A DNA stretch of 64,000 nt from Stegostoma tigrinum. Its lineage: Eukaryota. A program made the position numbers and the translations under genes. A model generated the notes under the pieces. The model did no database searches and was not told the origin of the DNA. It worked only from the letters and a program-made list of their open reading frames with translations. Position 1 is the first letter of the stretch; the number at the start of each line of letters is the position of its first letter. Of this stretch, positions 50,411 through 62,225 are shown piece after piece. The stretch lies in NCBI RefSeq assembly GCF_030684315.1, contig NC_081370.1, positions 21,659,578-21,723,577 on the forward strand. The letters run 5' to 3'.

Positions 50411-51454
50411 AACAAACATTAAAGTGAGGTATAAGATACAACTTGTAGACACTAACAGAGGAAGGGAAGGTATTCAAAAAATATTGAAGTGGGAAGGTGG
50501 AGACTTAAGACAGAAAATTTCCATGAACCATGAACTGCTCTATATTCATAACGATAGCTGTGTACTGCCAACTTCAATGCTTTTAGAAAACCAAGAATAA
50601 TCAGAAGATCCAAACTGAATTTGCGGCTCAATGATTGAAACTTCCAAACTCAGAAATGCTTTACATAATACTGAAATACAAATTAAAGAAAATATAACAT
50701 AAAAAAGAACATAGAAGTACTTTTGGAAAATTGAAAACCTAGTAATCCAAATCATAGTCTGAAATAAACCAACAATAAATCAAATAAATTGTATAGTCTA
50801 TGCAGACATACAGTTTAAGTGAATACGAATACGAAGAAAGCATTCAAATAATTTTAAAATAATTAAAAATAATATTATTAATACATTTTTGAAGTGCTTC
50901 ATAAAGGTATACTTTCATGCTGTATCTATCAATACATATAAAATATCTACATATGTAGAAAGTATAGAATAATTTAAAATAGTAAGTGATATATCAGATT
51001 TGTATATATCACTTTATCATTGCAACAAGATGGAAATTTTACTTTAAAGTTTTAGCAGAGATTTGTATGTTACTAATTAGCCCCACGGTTAAAATATGAG
51101 AGTTATGGGTTCATACAGATGCAGGTATGGGCAACGATAAACTAAGGGATAACGTCAACCACAATACAACTAGCAATTGCTACCATGTTGCCAATTGTGA
51201 CTGAGAGCACAGTGGGTCAACTGATTTAAAAAAGAATGGCAGAACCTTCAACAATTTCAGTGGTGAAAAATGAGCAAGATTGAATTGACTGACCATTATC
51301 ACCCTGCCTGACTTTCCCTTTGCTTCATTAAAAGATTTTTTTTCCCCATGTTGGTTTGTTTTCAAAAAGAAAAGTTATGATTAAATATTTAAATAATATA
51401 AAAGCATTGCTGTGAACTTATGCAACACCCTCCAGCATTATTTAGGCCATCACA

Positions 51455-52690
51455 AAATCACAGATTTTTATGTTGCAGAAGGAGGCCATTTGATCCATTG
51501 TGTCTGCACCAGATTTCCAAATGAGCATCTGGCTTCAGGCCTTCCTCTTGCCTTTTCCCCATAACCATGCACATTATTTCTATTTAAATAATTATCTAAT
51601 TCTCTCTTCAGTGCCTCAGTTGAACCTGCCTCCACATGAAATCCAGGCAGTGAAATCCAGACTGAACAACTTATTGTATTAAAATGTATTTTTCTCACAA
51701 AACATTTACTTCTTCTGCAAATCACTTTTAATCTGTGCTGTGTCACTGTTTGTCCGTTTGCAATTAGCAACATTTTCTCCTTATCTACTCTGTCCAGACC
51801 TCTTATGACTTTGAAAAACTTCAGTTAAATCTCCCCTAAGACCTGTCCCCAAAGAAAGCACACCCAACAACTCCTATCTATCCTTATAACAGAAGTTTCT
51901 CATTCTAAAACCATTTTTGATCATCTCTGCTGTATCTTCTCCAATGTATTCGCATTCTTTCTAAAGTCTGGCACACAAAGTAATGTATGATACTCCAGCT
52001 GAGGTCTAACTAATTTCCTGTACAAGTTTAGCATAATCTTCCCTCTCTCATTCTCTATGACCTCATGAATAATGCTGTGGATATCGTGTGCTTTATCGAC
52101 CACTGTCATCATACATTATATAATCTCTACAGTGTGAAAGCAGGCCACTTGGCCAAACGAGTCCACACTGCCCCTCGGAACAGTATCCAACCCAGGCTCA
52201 CCGCCATCTTCCCCCTCCCCCTCACCCCCCAATCTTTCACTGTCACCCTGTATTTCCCATGCCTAATCCACTTAACCTACACATCCCTGTACACTATGGG
52301 CAATTTAGCATGGCCAACCCACATAACCTGCATATCATTGGACTATGGGAGGAAACTATAGCGCCTGGAGGAAACCCACATAGACATGGGGAGAATGTGC
52401 AAACTCTATGCACAGTTATCTGAGAATGGAATTGAACCTGAGTCCTTGACCCTGTGAGGCTGCAGTGCTAACCACTGAGTCTGTTCTGCCATGTTTAATA
52501 CCCAATGCACCTACACTCTTGGATATCTCTGATCTTGTGCATCCTTCAGAGAAGCAGTTTTATTTTATACTTCATTTCTTTTTTCTAGTAAAATGTATCA
52601 TCTCACAGTTCTCTCCATTGTACTTCATCTGCTGCCTGTCCACCCACTCCACCAACTTGTCAATGATCTTCTGAAGTTCTGCATTGTCCT
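51455..52690 (-). mobile_element. CR1 3' fragment interrupted by a SINE
   Basis: ORF 51921..52112 (LNLYRKLVRPQLEY); resumes after 52492. Confidence 0.75.
52120..52492 (-). mobile_element. HE1-like V-SINE
   Basis: Minus-strand tRNA head (ctcagtggttagcactgcagcctcacag..caggttcaattcc), V-domain (gagtttgcacattctcccc..gtgggtttcctcc), CR1-derived tail. Confidence 0.82.
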
Positions 52691-53149
52691 TACTAGTTTC
52701 ATTGTTTACAATAATAATTTAAAATAAGCTTTTGCCTACTTAGGTTTGGCCAGTTTCCATAATGCCTCTTCTTTGTCAATTTTTAGCTCATTCAGCATCT
52801 CAACTACCACCTTTATCACAGGTCTGTTCAGCTGTGAAGTAAAGTTTGAGGGTTCAATTCTAATTTACCATGGTCAATGTTAATAGGAGATTAATAAGTT
52901 TAAAGTGTCATCAGTAGACTTACAGACTTGTGAACACCAAAAACCAGTCTGATGACATTTATACAGAAGCAATACTCGTTCCTTATGATATGCATCTTTT
53001 GATGGTTATATACATAGGAGTTCAATTGCCATTTTAAGACTGGGCTGATCAGAGTATTCCTGAAACACTACGATCACTTTCTCTCATGACACAGCTGAAG
53101 AATCCAGTCAAAAAAGGGGATAGATGCAACTTTATTCTAAAATGCCTAA

Positions 53150-54240
53150 AAGAAACGGACTTATAGATGAGGTATTATAGGGGCTGGCTATTTTTAAGGT
53201 TAATAATTCACCTGGACCAAATAGGATATATGCAATAATACAAAGGAAATTATGGGTGGAAATTGTGGAAGTATTGGTCATTATTTTCCAATCATCTGTA
53301 GATACGTGGATGATGTTGGAGAAATGGAGACTTGCAAGTGTGCTGCTTTGTTCAAAAAAAGTGTAAGGATAAACCCTGCAACCACAGGCTATTTAGTTTA
53401 ACATCTACAGTGGGCAAACATTTAAGAATAATAATCAGGGACAACAATACAGTGATGTGAGCAAGTGTGGATTAATTAAGGAAAGCTTCATTAATTCAGG
53501 TAACAGAGATGATAAGTGAGCCTTTTGTGGCTGATGGGGTGCATGTGGTTCTAAAAGCATTTGGTTAAGTGCCAGGTTTGTCAGCAAAGTTGAAACTCAA
53601 GGAATATAAGAGACAATATCAGCATGAATTTGTTGAGTGGCAGGAAACTGAAGTACATAGTGAACATTTATCTTTTCAGACTGGAGGAATATAGTGGAGG
53701 TCTTTGGAGATTGATCAATTTACTCAAACTATATCAATGACTTAAACCTCTGCACACTGGTTTAACCACAACCAAAGTATTGTACCAAATTTGGGTAGCA
53801 ATCTTTAGGAAGGATGTGAAGGCTTTAGTGAATATGCTGAAAAGATTTCTGAGAATTTTTCCAGGAATAAGGAACTTTGGTAATGTAGACAGAGAAGCTT
53901 TGATAAAAATGTTCAAAATCATGAGGGGTCTAGGTAAATAGGGATAACCTATTTCAATTGACAGAAGAGGCAAGGACCAGAGGATCCTGGGTTAAGGTGA
54001 ATGATAAAAGAACTAACGATGATTTGAACCATAAGTGTGGTTAGGATTTGAAATGTGTTGCCTTAGAGGATAGTGGAGGTAGATTCAACTGCGACTTTCA
54101 GAAGGAAATTGGTAGCACCTTAAAATCAAACATAAAACGTGCAAAGCTATCAGGAGTGGGATTGATTAGATTGCTATTGCAGAGTGCTAGCAAGGAAAAG
54201 ATGGGTCAAATTACCTCCATTTGCGCTTGAAAACATTTTA
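53150..54240 (+). mobile_element. Degraded CR1 fragment
   Basis: tcacctggacca, tggtcattattttccaatc, gaccagaggatc and 3'UTR patches. Confidence 0.65.
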
Positions 54241-54244
54241 TTAT

Positions 54245-54495
54245 TATAGAATCCCTACAGTGTGGAAACAGGCCATCTGACCCAACCAGTCCACACCGAC
54301 CATCCGAAAAGCATCCCACCCCTCTAACCTTGCATTCCCGTGGCTAATCCACACAGGGGCAATTTAACATGGCGATCCACCTAACTTTCACATCTCTGGA
54401 CTGTGGGAGGATACCGGAGCACCTAGGGGAAAGGCACACAGACGGTTGCCCGAGGTTGGGAATCGAACCCTAGCAGTGCTAACCACCGTGCTGCT
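54245..54495 (-). mobile_element. HE1-like V-SINE (internally deleted)
   Basis: Colinear with 52120-52492. Confidence 0.78.
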
Positions 54496-54997
54496 CTTTG
54501 GATATATCCGCACTTTGAAAAAGTGAGTTTCAAATTATTTTTGTAAGGTGGGGAGAAGCCAGAGTATTACATTAACTTCCCACACCAAAAAATAGATGGC
54601 CCACTGCTGTCTTCCGTAACACTACCCTCACCATATTGCCTTGCTCCCTGCCCACCAGGCCCACATCGCTCGCTACAGCGCTAGGCTGAACCTAACAGGC
54701 TGCCCGCTTGTAGGCCCCAGAATACCTCTAGCCTTTTATTTGTTGGAAACTGATGGGAAGGTTGACGTGCTCCATAATTTCAATATCCGCCGCCCCTAGA
54801 ATTTAGGTCTGATTTGAAATCATTTTCCATATCACAATAGTAACCTACAGGGCTCCGCAAAGCGAATAATTGTGAACAATTAGGCTTTAGAATGCGTTAA
54901 AATTTCTCATTCTAGAATTTGTTTTGTAATAATTACAGTGTATGCATGTGTAAAAACATGGCTTCATTACAGCAGGCAAGTCACAAGATGGACTTAC

Positions 54998-55005
54998 CTT
55001 CGTAC
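54998..55005 (-). CDS. TNNT3: TNNT3 8-nt microexon (V-Y-E)
   Basis: tcttctctttcag|GTACGAAG|gtaagt, with an ACTAAC branch-like motif at 55030-55035. Required to convert phase 2 to phase 1. Confidence 0.88.
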
Positions 55006-55240
55006 CTGAAAGAGAAGATAAAACAGTAGGTTAGTCACTGGTAAAATGGACGGTGCAGACTCACGTTGACATAGTATTAAAGTTTTTAAGAACTAAACGG
55101 AGTTACTAAGGCACGTTTCTGGTCTGCACTTTAAAGAAAGCACTAAATTGGCATCGAAACTGAGCTGGAGATGAGACAGGGTCATCCCAAACACTGGATA
55201 AGCCAAGTTTTAGTAAATATAACTGCAAATAAACACTTAC

Positions 55241-55260
55241 ACTTCTTCAGTGTCAGACAT
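55241..55260 (-). CDS. TNNT3: TNNT3 first coding exon (MSDTEEV; whole exon 55241-55281 includes 5'UTR)
   Basis: Minus strand ttcttgcag|ATCTAAAGGGCTCAGTTGAAG ATG TCT GAC ACT GAA GAA GT|gtaagt. Confidence 0.93.
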
Positions 55261-56722
55261 CTTCAACTGAGCCCTTTAGATCTGCAAGAACCAAAGAGAG
55301 AATATCAATGAGAATGGCCTACATGGACCATCCTCTTCAGTTTTACAATTTAAAGAATGCGTTATGTAATGAAAACCACCAACAGAAATAGCCTCACTAA
55401 CAGTGCAGAGCTAATGTCGCCTTTTTTGATATTGTCAACAAACATTCAGGCAAAATAGCCCGGCCGTTAATACAGGAATCCGAGTAGCTGCAGTAGCAGC
55501 TTTCCATAGAATTGACACCTCTCTGATCTATCCATACACTGGTGGAAATATCCATTTATATTTTCTGCACGGCCCATTTGGGAATAGGAACGTAAGATGG
55601 TGGGCTCTGTTCCATTTCCCTGATACGCACAGTGGCTGGAATAGGATGAGGAATATCTTGGAAATATACCTCAACAATAGTTTCGAACTTTCCTGTGCGT
55701 TCTGGATTTGTCTTTTTTCCCGAAAAGATTTGCGGGAAAGAAAGCTGCCCACTCTCAAACAGCATTCTTGATTCATTCCAAGTCGAGGGGACCGGACAAG
55801 GAAAGCAACATTCAGGGGCACTATCCGGTAAAACGGTTTTCCAGACAAAAGGACGCCTCCTCAGTCAAAGAGGTTCTCCCGTTGTTTCTCGTTTGGGAAA
55901 AGCCGCCAGCATCGATGTCCTGTAGCGTTTACGCCGTTCTCGCTTCCCTTCCGCTGAAGTTAGGACGGAAGATTCTGTGTAAATTCGCTTTCCGCGACAA
56001 CTCGTGTGCTTTAACATTTTTTAAAAATATCAAGCAGCGCACTGGGGATGCGGGGAGATCTGAACTAAAAACAGAAAACTGCTGGAGAAACTCAATAGGT
56101 CTGGCAGCATGTGGGAGGGCTAGAAACAGAGTTCGTGTTTTGAGTCCGATATAACTGCTGAGTTTCTTCAGCACTTTTCTGTCCGTCATTGGAAGCATGG
56201 CAGGAAATCCCTTTTCATGCTCGTCCCGCAGACATAGTTATATTTCTTTGGCATGTTGCCTGGTATTTGACCTGATAATATCGGTTCGTGGTGGGGTACT
56301 GTACTAAACCTGACTTTAGAACCCTGCACTCTGCTCGTTCTAGCGTGAGGAGTGAGGGTCTATGTAACTGTAGGGCATGGCAGTCAAGGCTTGGCTGAGA
56401 TCTAACATAGAGAAAAGACGGTAGGCACCTGCTGGTTTTGTGTACCTCAGGTACAAAGCTGAATGAGGAAAAAAAATCGTTTTCTAATACTTGAGCTGAT
56501 TATTGCACGTTCTTATGGTACAACACCCCCAAAACAATCTCGGTATGTGAAAACAATATAAAAATCTCAAATTTCCTACAGTATATGAAAATGTGCATTC
56601 AAGGTGTATTTTGATGGCATCATTGATATAGAAACCAATAAAACAGATGTACTGATGTAGAAAATGGACACAATTAAATCCAAATCAAATAAATGTCTCC
56701 ACTTGTCATGTTGTTTCCTTAC

Positions 56723-56880
56723 ACCAAACAACTACGAAATGACAACTGGCTGCAAAGTTCTTTGAAACCTGCTCGGGTTATAAGAGGCTTTCTGTAAGAG
56801 TTGTTGTCAGAGCCGGAGAGAGACAAGCACAGACATTCTCTTTGGACAGGAAACAGTGCAGAACCCTCCGAACACACACA

Positions 56881-56916
<36 letters not shown>

Positions 56917-56960
56917 CAAACACGTAATGCTCTATTCGCGATCACGTCTTTCGGGCTACT
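56723..56960 (-). other. TNNT3: Candidate non-coding exon 1 of TNNT3 (5' end uncertain, about 56755 or about 56960)
   Basis: Donor ttggt|gtaagg at 56722; TATA-like boxes at 56778-56783 and about 56988-56996; 1.4 kb upstream of the ATG exon. Confidence 0.5.
56872..56916. repeat. Compound (CA)n(GA)n microsatellite
   Basis: acacacac...agagagag read directly. Confidence 0.95.
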
Positions 56961-56979
56961 CAGGTGAAAAGAGCAAAGG

Positions 56980-57300
56980 ATGGACACATTTATAAATGGA
57001 ACTGTCTTTAGAAAAGGAGATCGGCCGCAAAGCCAACAGCTGAGAATGCCTTGCGCCTGCATTTGCCAGATCCTATTTCTACGTCTTCAGCTTCTAAGGG
57101 TCTCTGAAATAACATCTCACAGACGCAGCTCTCCTTCCTAATTAGGCGATGGTTTCTCACTGTCCCGAAAGGTAATCCACGCCTGGGCCACGGTCCGCCA
57201 GCAGCTGCTGTCCATTCCCTGGCCGCGGATTCAATCTCATTTCTCATTAATGCCACAGCTAATGTAAGGCGCGAATATTAATGAAATAAAATAGATCAAT
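56980..57300 (-). promoter_or_regulatory. Putative muscle promoter of TNNT3
   Basis: CpG-containing unique sequence with CAGCTG E-boxes (57037-57042; 57202-57207 within CAGCAGCTGCTG), CATTCC MCAT-like site (57213-57218) and a TATA-like element. Confidence 0.55.
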
Positions 57301-58705
57301 ACCGCGCATATTTTCAACAAGAACATGACACAGTTCCTCATCAGCAGCCTAATTTGCACAACGCTAATAATCTTTCCATATTATTCCGTGTCTTGTTCTT
57401 ACTAATGAACTTTGTATTTCGCTAAAACCCTTACGTACGTTTAAACTAATTAACTTTCTGAGCTCTTGGGATCTCTACAGATTGCCAAGATTTGGGAGAG
57501 ATGGTGAGGCGGTGCTATCCTCACTGTGAAGCTAAAACTAATATTCCATCCCCCCACATAATTTCCTCGTAGTTCTTCCTCTCTCTGTCTCTGCTCTCAG
57601 TCCATCTTTCTGATCGATCTTTTTATTTCCCAGTTACCTTCCTCTCTTCCCCAGATTCTCTTCACTTCCCCCACCCCCACCCTGATACGCATGTTTTCTG
57701 CCAATTTTCTTTTCGTGGCATGAGCCATTGTTTTTGTTACAAATTCAATCAGAATCGGCTCTGTTTCAAACCAGCTCACCAGCGCCGGCACCGTATGAGA
57801 CCATTCACATATTTCACAGTGACCTGTCGTAGGGAACGTGACAGGCACAACCCCACCGAAATAATGTGCAGCCGGATCCATGACCCTATCACTGCATCCT
57901 CAAAGCGGGGCTCACTGTGTCAATCTGCTTCATCTCAGAAAAAAAAAGATGGAAAATCCTATCACCACGCATTCTTCCGGACTTCTTCACAGAAAATGTT
58001 CCACAAAAACAACCTGTTCCCCATTTCAGACCAATGCCGCCTAGGGAAACAGCCCAAAGGAGGAGTTTGAAGATGATCCCACACGGGTCAAAGACAAAGC
58101 AGCCCACCGGGTACACCCCCGCATGGCACTGAATGCTCATTTGCCAGCTAAAACCGTCAATCCGGTAACCTGACTGTTCACGATGTGTTAGTAAGTGATG
58201 GGAACGATGGCCATAGAGATCAGGCAGCAGTCTCTTTAAACAGATGGGACCTCGATCTGTTATCAGCCTCTCACCTAAATATTAATACCATCGTGAATCT
58301 TAAAACCCCTTTCTGTTTAACGCTTCCTAACCTGGGTTACGTTGGGCCATGATTGTAAGAAAGTTCGCCTAGAGAAGGGGAATGAAGTTGGTGGCTTGAG
58401 GATCTTACCGCAAAGTGAAGCAGATGGAGAGGGAGGATCCCTGGTGGCTTCAACAGGCAATCGAGTCTGCTGAGCTTCACAAGGTGATCAGTCCAGATCT
58501 TATAGTGAAATCCGAGCCACAGGCAAGCCGGATTGGTCTCAGCCACTTGAACAACGCTGGGGGTGCGGGTTGGTGGGGGGAGCAAGAGAGAGAGACACTT
58601 GTCTAATTTTAGCAAGTCTTGAACGAGATGCACTGAGTATGCGAAGGAGAGAAGCGGCAAAACCGAGAAGACGCTCATCTGGTTATTTGTGGAACCTAGG
58701 CAAGC

Positions 58706-58777
58706 AGAAATTTCTGAGATAACAAAGTGTGGAGCTGGATGAACACAGCAGGCCAAGCAGCATCTCAGGAGCACAAA
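58706..58777. mobile_element. Penelope terminus fragment
   Basis: gagataacaaagtgtggagctggatgaacacagcaggccaagcagcatctcaggagcacaaaa. Confidence 0.85.
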
Positions 58778-59077
58778 AAAAATTTCTGCTGGTTTTGCAG
58801 GTGGTAGCCCAACCTTCACAGAATGAAATCCCCAAGGATAAATCATCAATATTTTCCCCTCTGAACTGTCCTGCTTTGTGCATTGTCATTGTTTTCAGAG
58901 CTTTTGTTTCTGATTTCCAGCATTTAATGTTTTATTTATTTAGCGTTATGCCCTCTCTGTGCGATCTGCGTGGGTGTCTATAAACAATCAATTTATTTAG
59001 CCAGGAATTTGACATTCAAACTACAGCGGATTATAGAATGTGCGCCTCCCATCTCCCCCAATCATGCTTTTGTTTTC

Positions 59078-59297
59078 TAAGATAACAAAGTGGATGCTGG
59101 ATGAACACAGCAGGCCAAGCAGCATCTTAGGAGCACAAAAGCTGACGTTTCGGGCCTAGACCCTTCATCAGATGATTCATTTTTCATTTCAAACGTCAGC
59201 TTTTGTGCTCCTGAGATGCTGCTTGGCCTGTTGTGTTCATCCAGCCCCACACTTTGTTATCTTGGATTCTCCAGCATCTGCACTTCCCATTATCTCT
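59078..59297. mobile_element. Fold-back Penelope-terminus element; intact hammerhead core on the minus strand (59140-59171)
   Basis: Inverted arms; minus strand reads ctgatgaagggtctaggcccgaaacgtcagct. Confidence 0.88.
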
Positions 59298-59775
59298 AAT
59301 GCTTTTGCTTTCTCTTTTGTTTTCCAAGGTATCCAAATATTGTAATAGCGAAGATTTAAGGAAACCTTGTTTCGATTTTAACACCGACATTTCAAATTAT
59401 AGATTGTCAACCGTCGATTGCAATGCTTGGCGTCTTGCAAAAAGAAAATCAATTGTTCAGTAGTAATTATATTTACGTAACATCTTAGTCAAATACGAAG
59501 AAAAGCTTCACTCAAGGACATCTACCCCAGTGGCAGCGTCTAACTTCAAGTCGTCTATTGTTCAGTTGAATGTACGGTTTAATTAATGTGCGGAATTAGC
59601 TAACAATCGTTTGAATTCCAACACACTTCCCCCCCCCCCCCCCGTTAATTCCACAAGATCTGATTCCCACCCCTCCACGGCACACAAACAGACACAACGC
59701 CCTCCATTATTGGCCCCACTCACACACATGTAGAACAGCCTCTCCTACAGACTAAGGCCAGAACTACCCAACTCT

Positions 59776-59915
59776 AAGATAACAAGGTGTAGAACTGGAT
59801 GAACACAGCAGGCCAAGCAGCATCAGAGGAGCAGGAAAGCTGACGTTTCGGGCCTAGACCACTCTTCAGAAATGGGGGAGGGGAAAGGGTTTCTGAAGTA
59901 AATAGGGAGAGAGGT
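59776..59915 (-). mobile_element. Penelope terminus fragment with a variant (CTGAAGA) core
   Basis: Same subfamily as 9868-10000. Confidence 0.82.
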
Positions 59916-59964
59916 TCTAGCTGCCAACACAAGACACTGGAGCTGGCCATGGTGTAATACCAAG

Positions 59965-60335
59965 CCTCAAACCAATAGGAGTCAGTGTTCCCTGAATCCC
60001 GTTAAAAGAACTCGTCTCTCGGTAATGTTACAAAACCAATAGGGAGGGAAAAGGAAATACGCCCTGAATCAGAGAGACGGTACACCCCCCCCCCCCCCTT
60101 TAATGGAGCAAGGGCAATTTACTGAATGCCCACGTACTAAACACCACAAGCGATTTTTATTTTGGGCGTAGGTTAGCTTGTCCTTTCCAGCTGCAGGAGG
60201 GTACAGGCCAGTGTAGGCTGAGCTTTCCGACTTGCAGTCCGAGGGTCTGAGCAGCAAATCTCACTGAGCGAACAGGGATCTCTGCACGCTGCAGCAAGCA
60301 CCTCAAACCCTCTCTGCAAAAGCTGCAGGTAAATG
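59965..60335 (+). promoter_or_regulatory. Candidate promoter and first exon of a divergent plus-strand transcript
   Basis: Two ACCAATAGG boxes (about 59971, 60035), C-tract, CAGCTG at about 60188, GC-richer segment ending in CAG|gtaaat donor at 60328/60329, then AT-rich intron-like sequence. Confidence 0.4.
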
Positions 60336-61529
60336 CCGTTTACTTTAGCCTTGTTAGTTAAGCAAACAAAAAAAAATCTAAAATAGTGACTGGAAAAACA
60401 GAAAGCCCGACGGAACCTTGACTGGCGGTGTTAATGTAATTTAATGTGAACCTAAATGAGTATGTGAAAAGCCAAAAATAAGACAAAGCCGTAAGTGTAA
60501 ATGCAGATTAGAATCTAATTGATTATACTAATTGTATAAAAGTGTCTCTCAAATCTGCAGTATTAATTTCTTCGAAAAAGCTGTGATATTTTTCAATATT
60601 TAAGACACTGTTCCTGTGATATGCCTTATATTACTAGTTGGATTGAATTACATGGCAAAAGGAAAAGCAATCAAGTCATGCAGCCTTTTATCTGATTTGA
60701 CGGTATTAACTGTAAAATGCCAATTGCACCATTTAATGTAAATTCAGATACACAATATATCAATAGGACAGAAACCCAGGAGGTATTCCACCATGAATCT
60801 AAAATTTCTATATTTAATATGTGGGATTCATTTCACCAGTTCGATAGTTTTACATAAGACAGTTTCAAGAAAGTGAAAATGCTGACCTGAGGAATAAACT
60901 ACTTGCCTGAAATACATTACAGTTCCATATGTAAACTGGTGTCCAACCAGTGTTATTAAAATATCCTCCCTTCAGTCATCTTTTGTCAAATATCAAAGGT
61001 AGAAACACACAGTAATCCTGTTATCAATTATTGACGTACAATGGAAAATATTCCATTAAACCAGAAAGAAATAATTCCCGTTGGGTCACAAAACCAAAAA
61101 TATAGCTGTTGAACAAATTATTGTAATCAAATCGATAGATAGACATGAAATAAGTATATTCTGATGAGTGACCCTGGTCTAATCCTCCGTTTTACATAAA
61201 TCATTTCAGTTGAAAATGTAAGACATGTTGCTTTGCTGCTGATCTTAGTGTCCAGTGATGGTATTCAGCTGTATTGAATATTTCTATTCCATCTTCTGCC
61301 CTTTGCTTTCACTATACCTCTTAGTAATCAGTCAGTTAATTGCAGGAATTGATTAATTCAACACAGAGCAAAGAAATCCAGGATAAAAAGTGGAAGTGTT
61401 AATTATATGTAATGCTGGTAAATATAGCACTGACATGACCTGCATTCAATCTGTGCATCTGTCTGGACCACTGATAAATTTGTTTATTTCATTTTGATGT
61501 GAAAGGAAGCAGGCATTTCATGTACTTAT

Positions 61530-62225
61530 TTACTCATTCATTCCAGAGATGTTGGTAGAAGGTGTTGAGCAGTTTTCCGGAGATTTTGCATTGTGCAGTA
61601 ATGGCGTTGGCATTCCCATGCACCTATTGCCCTTCGTCATGGTCACAGTTTTTAAAAGAACATCTGAATAAACTTTGGAAAATTGCAGCAGTGCATTTAG
61701 TGGATGGCACGCACTAAAGCTGTGATGCACAAATGGTGGAGAGAATGAATGTGGTGGATGACATGCTGATCAAATCAGCTTGGTGTCAAACCTAGTTTGG
61801 GATTATGTCTGGCATGGACTGTTTGGAACAAAGGTTCTGTTTCTGTGCTGTATGACTCTATGACACTATGTTGTTGCAACCAGTCATCCAGCCAACTGGA
61901 AATTATTATGTTAGACTCCTGACCCACATCTTGTAAATGGCAGGAAGACCTTTTGGAGTTAGGTGTGTTTCTTGATGGAAAATAATCACCTCATGACCTA
62001 ATCTTGTATTCACTGTATACATGTGGCACATTCAGACTTTTTCCGGTCTATATTATACTCTCCCTTCCCCCAGAATCTTAACATTTGGTGACATGTTGAT
62101 GATAGTGTAATTTATTGAATATCAAGAATAGGTGGTTAGATTCTCCCATGTTGATGGTCAATCTCTAGCATTTAGTTGGAATGGGTGTTGCTTGTGACTT
62201 TTCAGCTCAAGCCTTGATATTCTCA
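61530..62225 (-). mobile_element. CR1/L2-clade LINE 3' fragment (another at 63510-64000)
   Basis: ttcattcc tail and colinearity with 49650-50410 and 10960-11822. Confidence 0.6.

Larger units (their letters stand above)
9355..56960 (-). other. TNNT3: Gene span: fast skeletal muscle troponin T (boundaries approximate)
   Basis: Manually spliced exons with AG/GT borders give MSDTEEVYE-(acidic cassettes)[98 protein letters not shown]...QKYE-(alpha or beta exon)-SKKGAGKGKVGGRWK*. [11 protein letters not shown], the two 41-nt alternative exons and the GKVGGRWK end mark the fast isoform. Confidence 0.95.

Noticed and set aside
52420-52492. tRNA gene
   Set aside because: Degenerate tRNA-derived head of a SINE; no intact cloverleaf
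55528-58140. Cluster of 65-150 aa ORFs around the promoter
   Set aside because: Overlapping on both strands with no recognisable domain; expected in GC-richer regulatory DNA
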